The notes under the pieces are model-generated. The model made no database searches and was not told the origin of the DNA. It saw only the letters and a list, made by a program, of their open reading frames with translations. This document shows positions 12,868 through 23,700 of a stretch of DNA of 64,000 nucleotides, piece by piece. Position 1 is the first letter of the stretch, and each line of letters starts with the position of its first letter. The position numbers and the translations under genes were made by a program. This DNA comes from Azolla caroliniana (taxonomy: Eukaryota > Plantae > Polypodiophyta): positions 16,306,001 through 16,370,000 of the forward strand of contig JBHGNT010000017.1 in NCBI GenBank assembly GCA_043228905.1, in the 5' to 3' direction.

Positions 12868-13243
12868 TGTCGTTATAGAAATTTACCACGAAGGAAGGAA
12901 GGGATTGAACCCAAGACCTCATGGTCTTTATTGGGTAACCCTACCAATTGAGCTACATATACATCCTTGTACCAAATCCAACTTTATGTAGTGTAAATTG
13001 AACATTGGAAGTTTCTAGCTTGCACACATTCTCATGCATTCTCTATTGCATGCATCCTCATGCATACTCTATTTCTAGCTGGCGTACATAGCCCTACCTT
13101 CTTGTATAAATACTCAAGTGCACCTTGATTCTAATCAAGGTGAACAACACTAGTTACGGATTCTATAAGTTGAATTCTTGCTCTTTTCCTCTCTTGTGTT
13201 CTAGTCTTGTCTTTGCTTTGCTCTATTATACTTGTCCGTGACA
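12868..13243 (+). mobile_element. solo-LTR-like element with antisense tRNA-like head
   Basis: TGTCG...GTGACA termini, TATAAATA at ~13105, A/B boxes at 12901-12955 on the minus strand. TSD imperfect (ctcct/cttgt). Confidence 0.65.
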
Positions 13244-15181
13244 CTTGTTGGATAAACAAGGGTTTCCAAAACTTTGAAACAAGCTAAACCTTTCACTAGA
13301 TAATGTATATATGATCATTTGTAAGGTTGTGTAGCATATTTTTTAAATGAATTATTATATTAATAAAACTTCTATATTTATAGCAAACCCACTTGTACAA
13401 AGCTTGCATCCTTGTAAATAAAACATAATTCTACATCCTTTATTTTTTTTCCAAAAAAACACTACTTCACATTAGTTAGCAAACAAATTACATCATAGAC
13501 CACCAAAATTTCAGCAACCCTCACTCTGGCCTTCTCATCAAAGTGTTCATAGTCCCCACCTCATTTTCAACAAAAGTATCCCATCAACTCCTATAACCTA
13601 GTAATTAACTTGTACCATATCTATACATATTTACAGCACTTGGTCACTAATGGAAGCCCTTAGCGGAAACAGCCATCGGAGTGCTTGGTAGTTCCATTTA
13701 GGCCCTGATGATGATCTACCCACTATAGGAGAACTACCCTATTTCAGCAAGAACTTTGACCGAGCTCTTTCAGCTGCATCAGATTCCCCATAAATCGAGT
13801 TGCATCGTCCCCACAGCCAAGATACTAGCTCAAACCAGATATTTAACAACACCTCACTGTTAGGGAGCTTTTGCTGTTGAAAACCAAACTTACAACGCCT
13901 AGTCCAAATGTGCTAGACCGATAAGCAAGCCACCATCATCCATATCTCTTCAAAAAAAATTGAGTTAGTGCCCATGTCGAACTCCAGCACGTTGAAACAC
14001 CTTGCCACCCTGCACTATAAATCCATGACCGTGGGGGTTTAACTATTCAGCCCAACCTTCCCCTGTTAACTTCAACCCCTATAAGGACCCCCATACAACT
14101 CTCCCATTCACACAACATGTTGCCACTATCTTGAGACTTCTACCCCAAATGCTAATAGCCTCTCCACAATTCCAAAAACAGTGAGGGATTGATTCCAAAG
14201 GGTGTTCACATATCTTGTAACCAACCTCACCACCACAACACCTTAGCCACTCCCCCACCGGTACCGCTTTATGACTAAGAAGCCACAACCAAAGCTTTAT
14301 TTTTTATGGCATATCGAACGCCCATAGTCTCCTCCAAAAGGACTTCAACAAGTCATCAGATATGTCTTTATCCCTCCAACTATTGCGAGTTAGAGCAACG
14401 CCCATTGATTTGGAGCCATTGATTTTCCTTCCTAGCTTAGTACTGTACTCAAAAAACCTTTTCAGTTTGTTTGTTCCCTATTTCTGCCACCACACCTCTA
14501 GTGGATCCCAATCCAAATCACATACGGGCTTGTTGTCAACTATCCAAAGTTTACAATCAATTTCCAGCTTCCCTGGGTCCAGGTTTACTTGCCACTTCTT
14601 ACCATCCAACACTGTCACCCGCACTGCCAACCACTAGCCATTGTCTGACAAAGCACATAGGTTGCCCCAAAAACGATACTCATTAGATGGGCACCTGCCA
14701 CGGATAATTTGTCCATCACCCTCACCCACAAACCACCCAAACCAGACCCCCTCTTCTTCATTCACCCTAGCTAGACCATCAACATCATTATCTTTCAAAC
14801 GGGTCACCTTTTCCAGCCTACCAGTAAACCTAGTACTATCAACCAGCCCCACCCTTCTCTTCGTTTTGAAAACCTCCCAGTCTCTTACTGAACTAACATT
14901 GTACCCTAACATTTTCCCCCATGACAAGTATTTTTTCTGCCCAAGCATCATATTGTCATCGTTTCTAATCCTAGGGTTCCAAAACAATGGTTGTCGGAGT
15001 TGTTCCTCCATCATTTTTTATTGCATTACGACCAACCCTTCTCTTAAACTTCACCAAGCCCTCATTATAATGCGGGTCACCCTATCCTCCATGCTAATCG
15101 GTTCTTTTAACTTTAGGCCTGAACTAAACAACCACCACTTCTTTGCCTTCTAAGGGCCGCCATTCCTCAGACACTAGAGTT

Positions 15182-15614
15182 TGTCATGATATGGCAAGAC
15201 TCGAACCCATGACCTTATGCTACATGGGTCGAGCTCTTGACCATTAGACTATACATTGTAATACGTAAAATATTATTTTCATTTATGTTTTATTATAGAA
15301 AATTGATGTATATTCCAGATTTCTCTTGAACATTCTAGAAACTTCAGGAGTATTCCTTAGAACACTATAAAAGGAGGCACGAGGCATTATTTCTAACCAA
15401 ATCGGTTCAACGCCATTCTTAAGCCTCCTAGCTACTACTGTACATTCTCTTCACATAATCTATATCTTTTCTTATCATCTCTCTCTCTCTCTCTCGATCT
15501 CTCTCTCCCTCCCTCTCACTCACTCTTTCCTTCTCTCGAGAGTTCTTCACCTCTCTTAGTACTAATACTTCTTTTAGTACTAATTCCTTCTCTGTCTTAG
15601 TACTGTTCTTGACA
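15182..15614 (+). repeat. 5' LTR of chromovirus
   Basis: TGTCA...TGACA; TATAAAA at 15366. Confidence 0.95.
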
Positions 15615-15616
15615 GT

Positions 15617-15628
15617 TTGAACCGATTT
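15617..15628 (+). promoter_or_regulatory. putative self-priming PBS (TTGAACCGATTT)
   Basis: Exact reverse complement of LTR 15399-15410. There is no TGG-initiated tRNA PBS after the LTR. Confidence 0.8.
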
Positions 15629-15694
15629 TGATCGATCTTCCTTTCCTCCTTTTCCTTTTATCTTCTTATTAATCCTCTTATCCTCCCTAGTAAA

Positions 15695-16837
15695 ATGGAA
15701 ACTGTTAGCGCTCAGGAATACCAATCTGTTTTCTCGGAGCTCCAGTGCTTAAAAGAGAAATTTGTAGCACTAGAACAAGAAAATCATCGCTTGTTGGGGG
15801 ATCTTCAACAAATAGCGCTAGAAAAACAACAACAACACGGGGAGCTGACACTACGTGTACAACAACTCGAAGCGACTATCATATCATTACAACAACAAGG
15901 ATCAAGCACTCAAGGGATTCACAAAGAACCCAAGATCGGTCTTCCTGCAAAATTTGATGGGACCCGATCACAGTTTAGAGGGTTTTTGAATCAGGTACAT
16001 TTAGTGATACAAATGCATCCTTCTCGATATCCCACTGATGCATCACGAGTGGGACTAGTAGGCACTCTCCTTAGTGGCTCAGCGTTAGCATGGTTTGCTC
16101 CATTGTTGGAAAAGGATTCTCCATTATTAAACAGTTTTGAAAAATTTATAAGTGAGTTTAAGGCCTGTTTTGGAGATACTGACAGCATAAGGACTGCAAT
16201 CAACAAAATCCGGCGATTACGCCAAGGTGATCGTCTAGCTTCCGCATATGCTGCAGATTTCCGCCTACTCACTGTCGATATCCCTTGGGATGATCACGCA
16301 TTGATGGAGCAATTCCGTTATGGCTTACGCAACGATGTCAAGGATTTACTCTTGACCTTCCCCAAAGAGCCAAAGTCATTAACAGAAGCAATTAGTCGCG
16401 CGGTGAGATGCAACAACCGCCTCTTCGAACGACGTTCGGAACGACAATTCCAGATTCCGAGGGCAAGATCAGAGCCTACCTATGCCTCAGTGGTAGTGAA
16501 ACCTTTTCCGAGGGATTCATATAATGCGCCTCCAGCAAGTACTCCAACTCCGATGGAAATTGACACCACACATCGTCGTGGACCGCTATCGGAAGAAGAA
16601 AAGCAACGACGCCGAGCAAACCGACTATGTCTTTATTGCGGTGGACCAGGGCATATCGCGGTAAACTGTCCCCATAGGCCAAGAAGGCAGGTAAACCAAA
16701 TAGTTGCTAGTTCTGATTGTACTAAACCCGACTCTATTTCAGTAGGGATATCTGATAGTCCTAATAGTACTAATAGCCCAAATCTAGCGAACAAATTTGA
16801 TGTCCTTAGTCAGTTAGAAGAAGAGTTAAACGACTAA
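15695..16837 (+). CDS. gag: Gag (coiled coil, retrotransposon capsid, CCHC zinc knuckle), intact 380 aa
   Basis: PAKFDGTRSQFRGFL, LRQG...YAADF, PTPMEID, CLYCGGPGHIAVNC; PEG10/sushi-like layout. Confidence 0.92.
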   Translation: METVSAQEYQSVFSELQCLKEKFVALEQENHRLLGDLQQIALEKQQQHGELTLRVQQLEATIISLQQQGSSTQGIHKEPKIGLPAKFDGTRSQFRGFLNQVHLVIQMHPSRYPTDASRVGLVGTLLSGSALAWFAPLLEKDSPLLNSFEKFISEFKACFGDTDSIRTAINKIRRLRQGDRLASAYAADFRLLTVDIPWDDHALMEQFRYGLRNDVKDLLLTFPKEPKSLTEAISRAVRCNNRLFERRSERQFQIPRARSEPTYASVVVKPFPRDSYNAPPASTPTPMEIDTTHRRGPLSEEEKQRRRANRLCLYCGGPGHIAVNCPHRPRRQVNQIVASSDCTKPDSISVGISDSPNSTNSPNLANKFDVLSQLEEELND

Positions 16838-16894
16838 GTCCAGCCAAAATAGCAGCCCATTAGTGGTTCCATTCCCTCTAAGCAAGTTAGCGAT

Positions 16895-19800
16895 GTGTTC
16901 GTAGCCCAAGTAACAGTTAGTACTAGAAGTACTACTCCAATACATGTCTTAGCACTTCTAGATTCCGGAGCTAATTCTTGCTTCATGGATAGGAAATTTG
17001 CCCAAGCTCATCAGATATCTCTCAAAAAACTCCCATGTCCTGCCCTTGTAGTAGTCGTCGATGGTCATCCCATTGCCTTAGGAAATATCATAGAAGAGTC
17101 AGAGCCCGTTAATGTTGTCCTAGATAATCTAGCATGTGTCATATCATTTAATATAATTAGCATCCCAGAACACCCCATTGTCTTAGGATTACCATGGTTC
17201 GAATTACATAACCCAGACATAGATTGGCGGACAAGAGAAATCCGGCATCAAAAAGCCCGAGGGTCTACTCATGAGATCGCAACGATTTCACTACATCAGT
17301 TGCGTGAGGAAGGATGCAAGGAAGAAATGTTCCTCTTCGCAATATCAGTAAACCCCTCCAGCACCACTAAAGAGGATTCCACCGTTCAACTTCCAGAGAA
17401 TTATCATCAGTATGTCGATGTGTTTGATAAAGTACAAGCCAGTACGCTTCCTCACCATCGACCATATGATTGCCCCATCGATTTACAACCGGGGAAAGAG
17501 CCACCTTGGGGACCAATCTACAATTTGTCACCAACCGAACTGGAAGTCCTTCGAGCCTATATAGAGGAGAATTTGGAGAATGGTTTCATACGACATTCGA
17601 AATCTCCAGCCGGCGCACCCCTTTTCTTCGTCAAGAAAAAGGATGGCTCACTTCGGCTCGTTGTAGATTACCGTGGCTTGAATAAGGTTACAATCCGAAA
17701 TAGGTATGCACTCCCCCTTATCTCAAGTCTTTTAGAACGGATCAATGGTGCCAAGTTCTTCACGAAGATCGACTTACGGGGAGCCTATAACCTCGTACGG
17801 ATCCGACCAGGAGATGAATTGAAGACCGCGTTCCGCACCAGATATGGGCACTTCGAGTATACGGTCATGTCGTTCGGCCTCACTAATGCGCTAGCAGTCT
17901 TCCAGCACATGGCAAATGATATTTTCCGAGATCTCTTGGATGTGTGTCTAATCATTTATTTGGATGATCTACTGGTTTACTCGAAGACCCAAGAAGAGCA
18001 TGATTATCATGTACTGTTAGTACTAAAACAACTTCGAGAACATGGTCTCTATGCAAAGCTGGAAAAATGTAGTTTCAGGTGCAACTAGGTGGAATTTCTC
18101 GGCTATGTCATTTCCTCAGAAGGCATCTCCATGGACCCAGCTAAGGTCAAAACAGTGGTAGAATGGCAGACTCCGCATTCGGTGCGGGATGTGCAATGCT
18201 TTCTAGGCTTTGCCAATTTTTACCGGAAGTTTATAAAGGATTACTCAAAGCTCGTTTTGCCTCTTACACAACTTACTAGGAAGGGACAATCGTTCGTTTG
18301 GTCTGAAGAAGTGGACATGGCTTTTGAGAATCTTAAACAGGCATTTACATCGGCTCCGATTCTAGCTCACATTGATCCAGAAAAACCATTCATCATTGAA
18401 GCGGACGCATCGGATTTTGCATTGGGAATGATGAAAAGCTACATCATGTGGCTTTTCACTCACATAAGTTTGACGCCGCCGAAATCAACTACGAAATTCA
18501 TGATAAAGAGCTATTGGCTATAGTGGACTCTTTTATGCAATGGAGGCATTTTCTAGAGGGATCTTCTCATCAAGTCACTGTATTCAGTGACCACAAAAAC
18601 CTCGCCTATTTTCAAGACGCTCATGTGTTAAATCGACGTCAAGCTCGTTGGGCCCATTTTCTCACGCGTTTCGACTTCAAGATTACATATCGACCTAGGA
18701 AACATCAAGGGAAAGCAGATGCATTATCACGGCGTTCGTACCTAGCACCGCGTCCCGGCGAGCCAGCTTTCGATAACCAAAAGCAAGTGATCTTGGGACC
18801 GGCACGACTACAAGCAACACAGGTCTTTGGCATGCTCATGGATTCCCACGTTATCGATATCATACGTGCGGACCTGAAGACAGATGCTTTCGCCCAAGCT
18901 ATACTAGCACAAATTGATCCCTCTCAAGCGTCGTGTTCACAGCCGCAACCACCAGGTACGGACTATCGGCAATTCAAATACCATGATGGATTACTCTTCT
19001 TTAAAGAACTTTTGTATGTTCCTAATGGTTCTTCCCACCTTCAAGTAGTACAAAACTGTCATGACACATATACAGCTGGGCATTTTGGTAGTACTAAAAC
19101 ATTAGATTTAGTACAATGATCATTTTGGTGGCCCCGTATGCGACAATTTGTCGAAGATTTTGTTCGGACTTGTGACACATGCTGCAAAGCGAAAATGCCA
19201 AGGCATCATCCATATAGTTTATTAGAACCATTACCAATTCCAAGCAAGCCGTGGCAATCCATTACTCTAGACTTCATCACAGATCTGCAATTCTAATAGT
19301 GGTAGATCGATATACGAAGATGGCTCATTTTTTGCCATGTACTAAGGAAATCTCCAGTGAAGACACCGCCGAAATTGTCATGTGTGAAGTATGTCGGCAT
19401 CATGGACTTCCCGATAGTATCGTCAGCGACCGTGGACCCCAGTTCATGTCAAAATTCTGGAAGCACCTTTTTAAAATGCTCAAGGTCACTTGTAACCTCT
19501 CCTCCAGCTACCACCCACAAACCGACAGCCAAGCCGAACGAACAAATCAAACACTGGAGCAGTACCTGCGGTGCTTTCTCAGCTATCATCAGGATGACTG
19601 GGCAGATATTCTCCACTTCGCCGAATTTGCCTATAATAACTCTATCCACGCATCGACTAAAGTTACGCCATTTTATGCTTATACGGGATGTCACCCCCGA
19701 TGGTGTGTACTTGAAACCCCAGAGGTGTCCACAAATCCTTGCGCGGAGGATCGTTTGGAGCGGTTACGCAAGATACAAGCGGATTTATCTACTCATCTCC

Positions 19801-20396
19801 AACAAGCTCAGCAAACACACAAGGTTTATGCGGATCGTCATCGACTCCCATCCAGTTTTAACATTGGAGATCGGGTATGACTACTCCGACGACACATCAA
19901 GACTACTCGCCCATGTGAGAAGTTGGATTATCGGCGATTAGGTCCTTTCCGTATCATAGGAAAGATTAATGATGTCGCTTTTCGTCTCGATCTACCTCCA
20001 CAACTTCGGATACATCCGGTGTTTCATAGTTCTCTCCTTGAACCCTATCAAGAGAGCACCATCCCAGGACGTATTACACAGCCTCCACCCCCAATCGAGC
20101 TTGAAGATGGACCTGAGTACGAGGTTGCCGCCATCCTTGATTCCAAGATTGTTCGCAACAAGCTCTACTATCTAGTCAATTGGCTAGGATATAGTCCCAG
20201 TGAGTGTACTTGGGAACCGATAGAGAATGTCACCAATGCTCGTGCACTTCTTGAAGACTTCTATCATCAATATCCAGACAAACCGGGTCCTCAATCCAAA
20301 ACGACTCGTTACACTCATCGTTTTAAAGGGGGGATAGTGTCATTATATGGCAAGACTCGAACCCATGACCTTATGCTACATGGGTCGAGCTCTTGA
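16895..20396 (+). pseudogene. pol: Pol (PR-RT-RNase H-integrase-chromodomain) with stops and frameshifts
   Basis: LLDSGA; [12 protein letters not shown]; EADASDFALG, SDHKNL; HD...GHFG, SDRGPQF, GPF motif; chromodomain EYEVAAILD...YLVNWLGY...TWEP. Premature stops at 18086, 19117 and 19878. Confidence 0.93.
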
Positions 20397-20774
20397 CCAT
20401 TAGACTATACATTGTAATACGTAGAATATTATTTTCATTTATGTTTTATTATAGAAAATTGATGTATATTCCAGATTTCTCTGGAACATTCTAGAAACTT
20501 CAGGAGTATTCCTTAGAACACTATAAAAGGAGGCACGAGGCATTATTTCTAACCAAATCGGTTCAACGCCATTCTTAAGCCTCCTAGCTACTACTGTACA
20601 TTCTCTTCACATAATATATATCTTTTCTTATCATCTCTCTCTCTCTCTCTCTCTCGATCTCTCTCTCCCTCCCTCTCGCTCACTCTTTCCTTCTCTCGAG
20701 AGTTCTTCACCTCTCTTAGTACTAATACTTCTTTTAGTACTAATTCCTTCTCTGTCTTAGTACTGTTCCTGACA
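20338..20774 (+). repeat. 3' LTR of chromovirus
   Basis: Follows PPT aaaggggggatag; followed by TSD GAGTT. Confidence 0.95.
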
Positions 20775-23700
20775 GAGTTCAGCTCTGTCCCTAAGAAGCA
20801 ACTTCCTCAATTTTGGTCCAGGTTGGAGACTTCGCACCATGAGCTTACCGAGTAAAGACTTACTTTGGTGAACCGGATCCCCCAACCCAAGTCCACCTTG
20901 ATTTTTCGCCTTGGTCAAACAACTCCAGGCCACTTTAGCTGACACTGTCTCATGGTCTCTACCCGACCAAAGGAACCCTCTCACCATTGCCTTAATGTTT
21001 TTGATGCAATCTTTATCTAACATCCAGCATGCCAATGAGTGCCACATGGTGGCCAACAAAATGTGGTTTACCACAACCACTCTACCTGCAAGGGAAAGCT
21101 TTACCAATGCCCATAACCGAAGCTTTTATTTTATTTTGTCTTTCACTTGCTCAAGCTGGTGATTTTTCTTAATCTCAACTCCCACCAAAAAGCCCAAATA
21201 TTTAACATCCATTCCATTAGGGACCCATTGAAAATCAGCATTAGGGGACCAAAGCGGTCATGGGTTTGGACTTACCCAAAACCCTCTACTTATGTTCCAA
21301 TTAATTTTCCCACCTAATGCTTTAGAAAACAGCTCAATCCGTTTTTCGGGCTGTTGTAAATTAGCATCATTGCCTTGCAAATAGAGCATAGTGTCATCTG
21401 CATACATGGAGTCCAACAAGTCCTTGCAAGCATGTGGGACAACCAATCCCAGTATTCTTGCATTCGGTCTATTTAAAAAGAAGGAGAATGACTCCGAAAT
21501 TAATAAATAAAGATAGGGGGCCAACGGGCACCCCTGCTTGACAGACCTGCATAATGGAATTGATGGGCCCTGATGTCCTAACACCAACACCCTACTCAAG
21601 CTTCCTTTGTAAAGGGCCAACACAGTTGATATCCATATTGAGGGTAGTCTCAATTGCTCCATGACTTGGTCTAAAAAGGGCCACGGTACTCTATCATATG
21701 CCTTCCCGAAGTCAAGCATGAGACATGCAATATGTTGATTGGTTTTCTTTGCCAAGGCAATCGTCTCCCAAAAGTTCAACACATTATCAATTATACATCT
21801 ATTTTCCATGAATCTTGTTTGTCCAACATTAATTAGCGCATGCAAGTGGGGTTTGACCCTCTTGGCCAGAATATTAGCAAAAATCTTATAGATTGTGTTG
21901 AGCAACATAATCGGTCTCCATTGCCTCACATCCGTTATTATACCATGTACCTTAGGAATTAGAAATATCAATCCTTCTTTAAAATGCTCAGGTAAGCACC
22001 CAACATCCCATGCCTCATTTAGACCAACAACCACGTCAACCTTAATCAGCGCCCAAAACTTTTCAAAAAAATCTTCTGATAATCCGTCGACACCTGGACA
22101 AGACATGCTACATATACTTACCAAAGCGTCTAACACCTCCTCTTCCAAGAGTGGCCCTGACAACTTAACTTGTGCAGCCTCTGAAATTCTTGGTTGCATT
22201 CCCTCCAATACAAATTCTACCAGTAAAGGCTAGTCGGGGAGACTATAACTATATGAGAGTAACCCACTATAGTGAGTTGAGACTGTCTCCATGATCTCTG
22301 ATACATCCTCTGACAGTGAACCATCCTTCTTAATCATATTAGGATTGTAACTACCGTTTGTTCTCGGTTTTTTATACTTAAGAAATTGTTGGTTCATCTT
22401 GTCCCCATTCATGCTCCACCATGCTGCTAAACTCTTGAATATCATCTTATTTCTAGACACAATCAACTGATGTAGTGTTTCTTTAGTAGCCTCAAGACCT
22501 GATCTTGACGGTTGACACTTGGGATTTTTTTGAAGCATTCTTTGGGCAACCGCTATCGATCTTCTTAATCTTGCCTCTCTTTCCTTAGACCTCACAATTC
22601 TATTTTTAGTCTCTTCATGCAAATACATTGAAGTTTCAATAATCTTTCCTCAAAGATTATCCTGTGCACCACAACGAGCTGGATTATTTTCCCATATACT
22701 CATTATCTTCCTTCCCACCTCCGCATCCTCAAAAATTTTACTACTAATCCTCAAGTTGCAATCCCTTTTTTTCCTCCTCTAATTGACCTGCGTAATCTTA
22801 ACCGGCGTATGATCAGAGTAAGCCGAACCTACGATGATTTCAACATTGTTGCCATATTTTTCCAGTTCGCTTATGTATATTTTGTCTATACGAGACATAC
22901 AAAAGCCATTTATATTGCAGCCTGCTCTTGAGAAGCTTAGCGAGCTCCGAGGCGTTTTTAATACATACCAAGCATCTTTCACTCCCATTCTGCCCATCAA
23001 CAAATCCCATGCAACTAACTCTGACCCCTGCACCACCATATGCATGCCCCCCACCTTGTCTTCTGTGTGCAAAGTCATGTTAAAATCCCCTGCGAGGATT
23101 CAGGCATCTACAGTCGGCAGGCCATCGCCCACTTGCCTCCAAAAAAGGGCTCGCATCGCTGACGAATTGGGTGCGTACACATTTATTATTCCAATGATAC
23201 ATTGTTGCCATCTGACAATCACATAGATGGCACGTCCCCCCACTATGGTGCCTTGGCCCACAACAATAATATCTGGATTATTCTTGATAGATGTACAAAC
23301 ACCCCCTTTTCTACCATGCTCACCCTGAGCTGGGGACCAAAAAGTATGTCAACCCCCCGCAAGAGGAGGTTCTTCCTCTCCATCATGCATTTGTGGCCGC
23401 CTAGACCTTGTATGTTCCACATTATTAATTTCATGAGATCAATTGTGAAGTCTCCCAAGACGGACATAGTCCCTCCCTACGAGCCCATGCCCAACCTCCT
23501 TCCTTGATCCTCTCCCATCCTAAAACCACATCTTGCCTTTTAGCTTCTTCCATTTCCCCCTCATGGAAGTGTAACACCTCATCGAGAGAGTCTACCGTCT
23601 CCTCTAGGCATAGTAGAAGCTATTTTTTAATGCAAGAATTATCGAAACTCCCTCATATCATTCCAGCATTCAGCCACATCAACATCCAATTATCTTCATT

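Larger units (their letters stand above)
15182..20774 (+). mobile_element. full-length Ty3/gypsy chromovirus (Tcn1/Tf1-sushi-like)
   Basis: LTRs 15182-15614 and 20338-20774 (about 6 substitutions plus a CT-repeat indel); TSD GAGTT at 15177-15181 and 20775-20779; gag, PR, RT, RH, INT and chromodomain; PPT 20325-20337. Confidence 0.97.

Noticed and set aside
12895-12960. Functional tRNA gene (also 15190-15255 and 20346-20411)
   Set aside because: A and B boxes are present, but I cannot form acceptor or anticodon stems and the sequences lie within LTRs. Reported as tRNA-like modules only.
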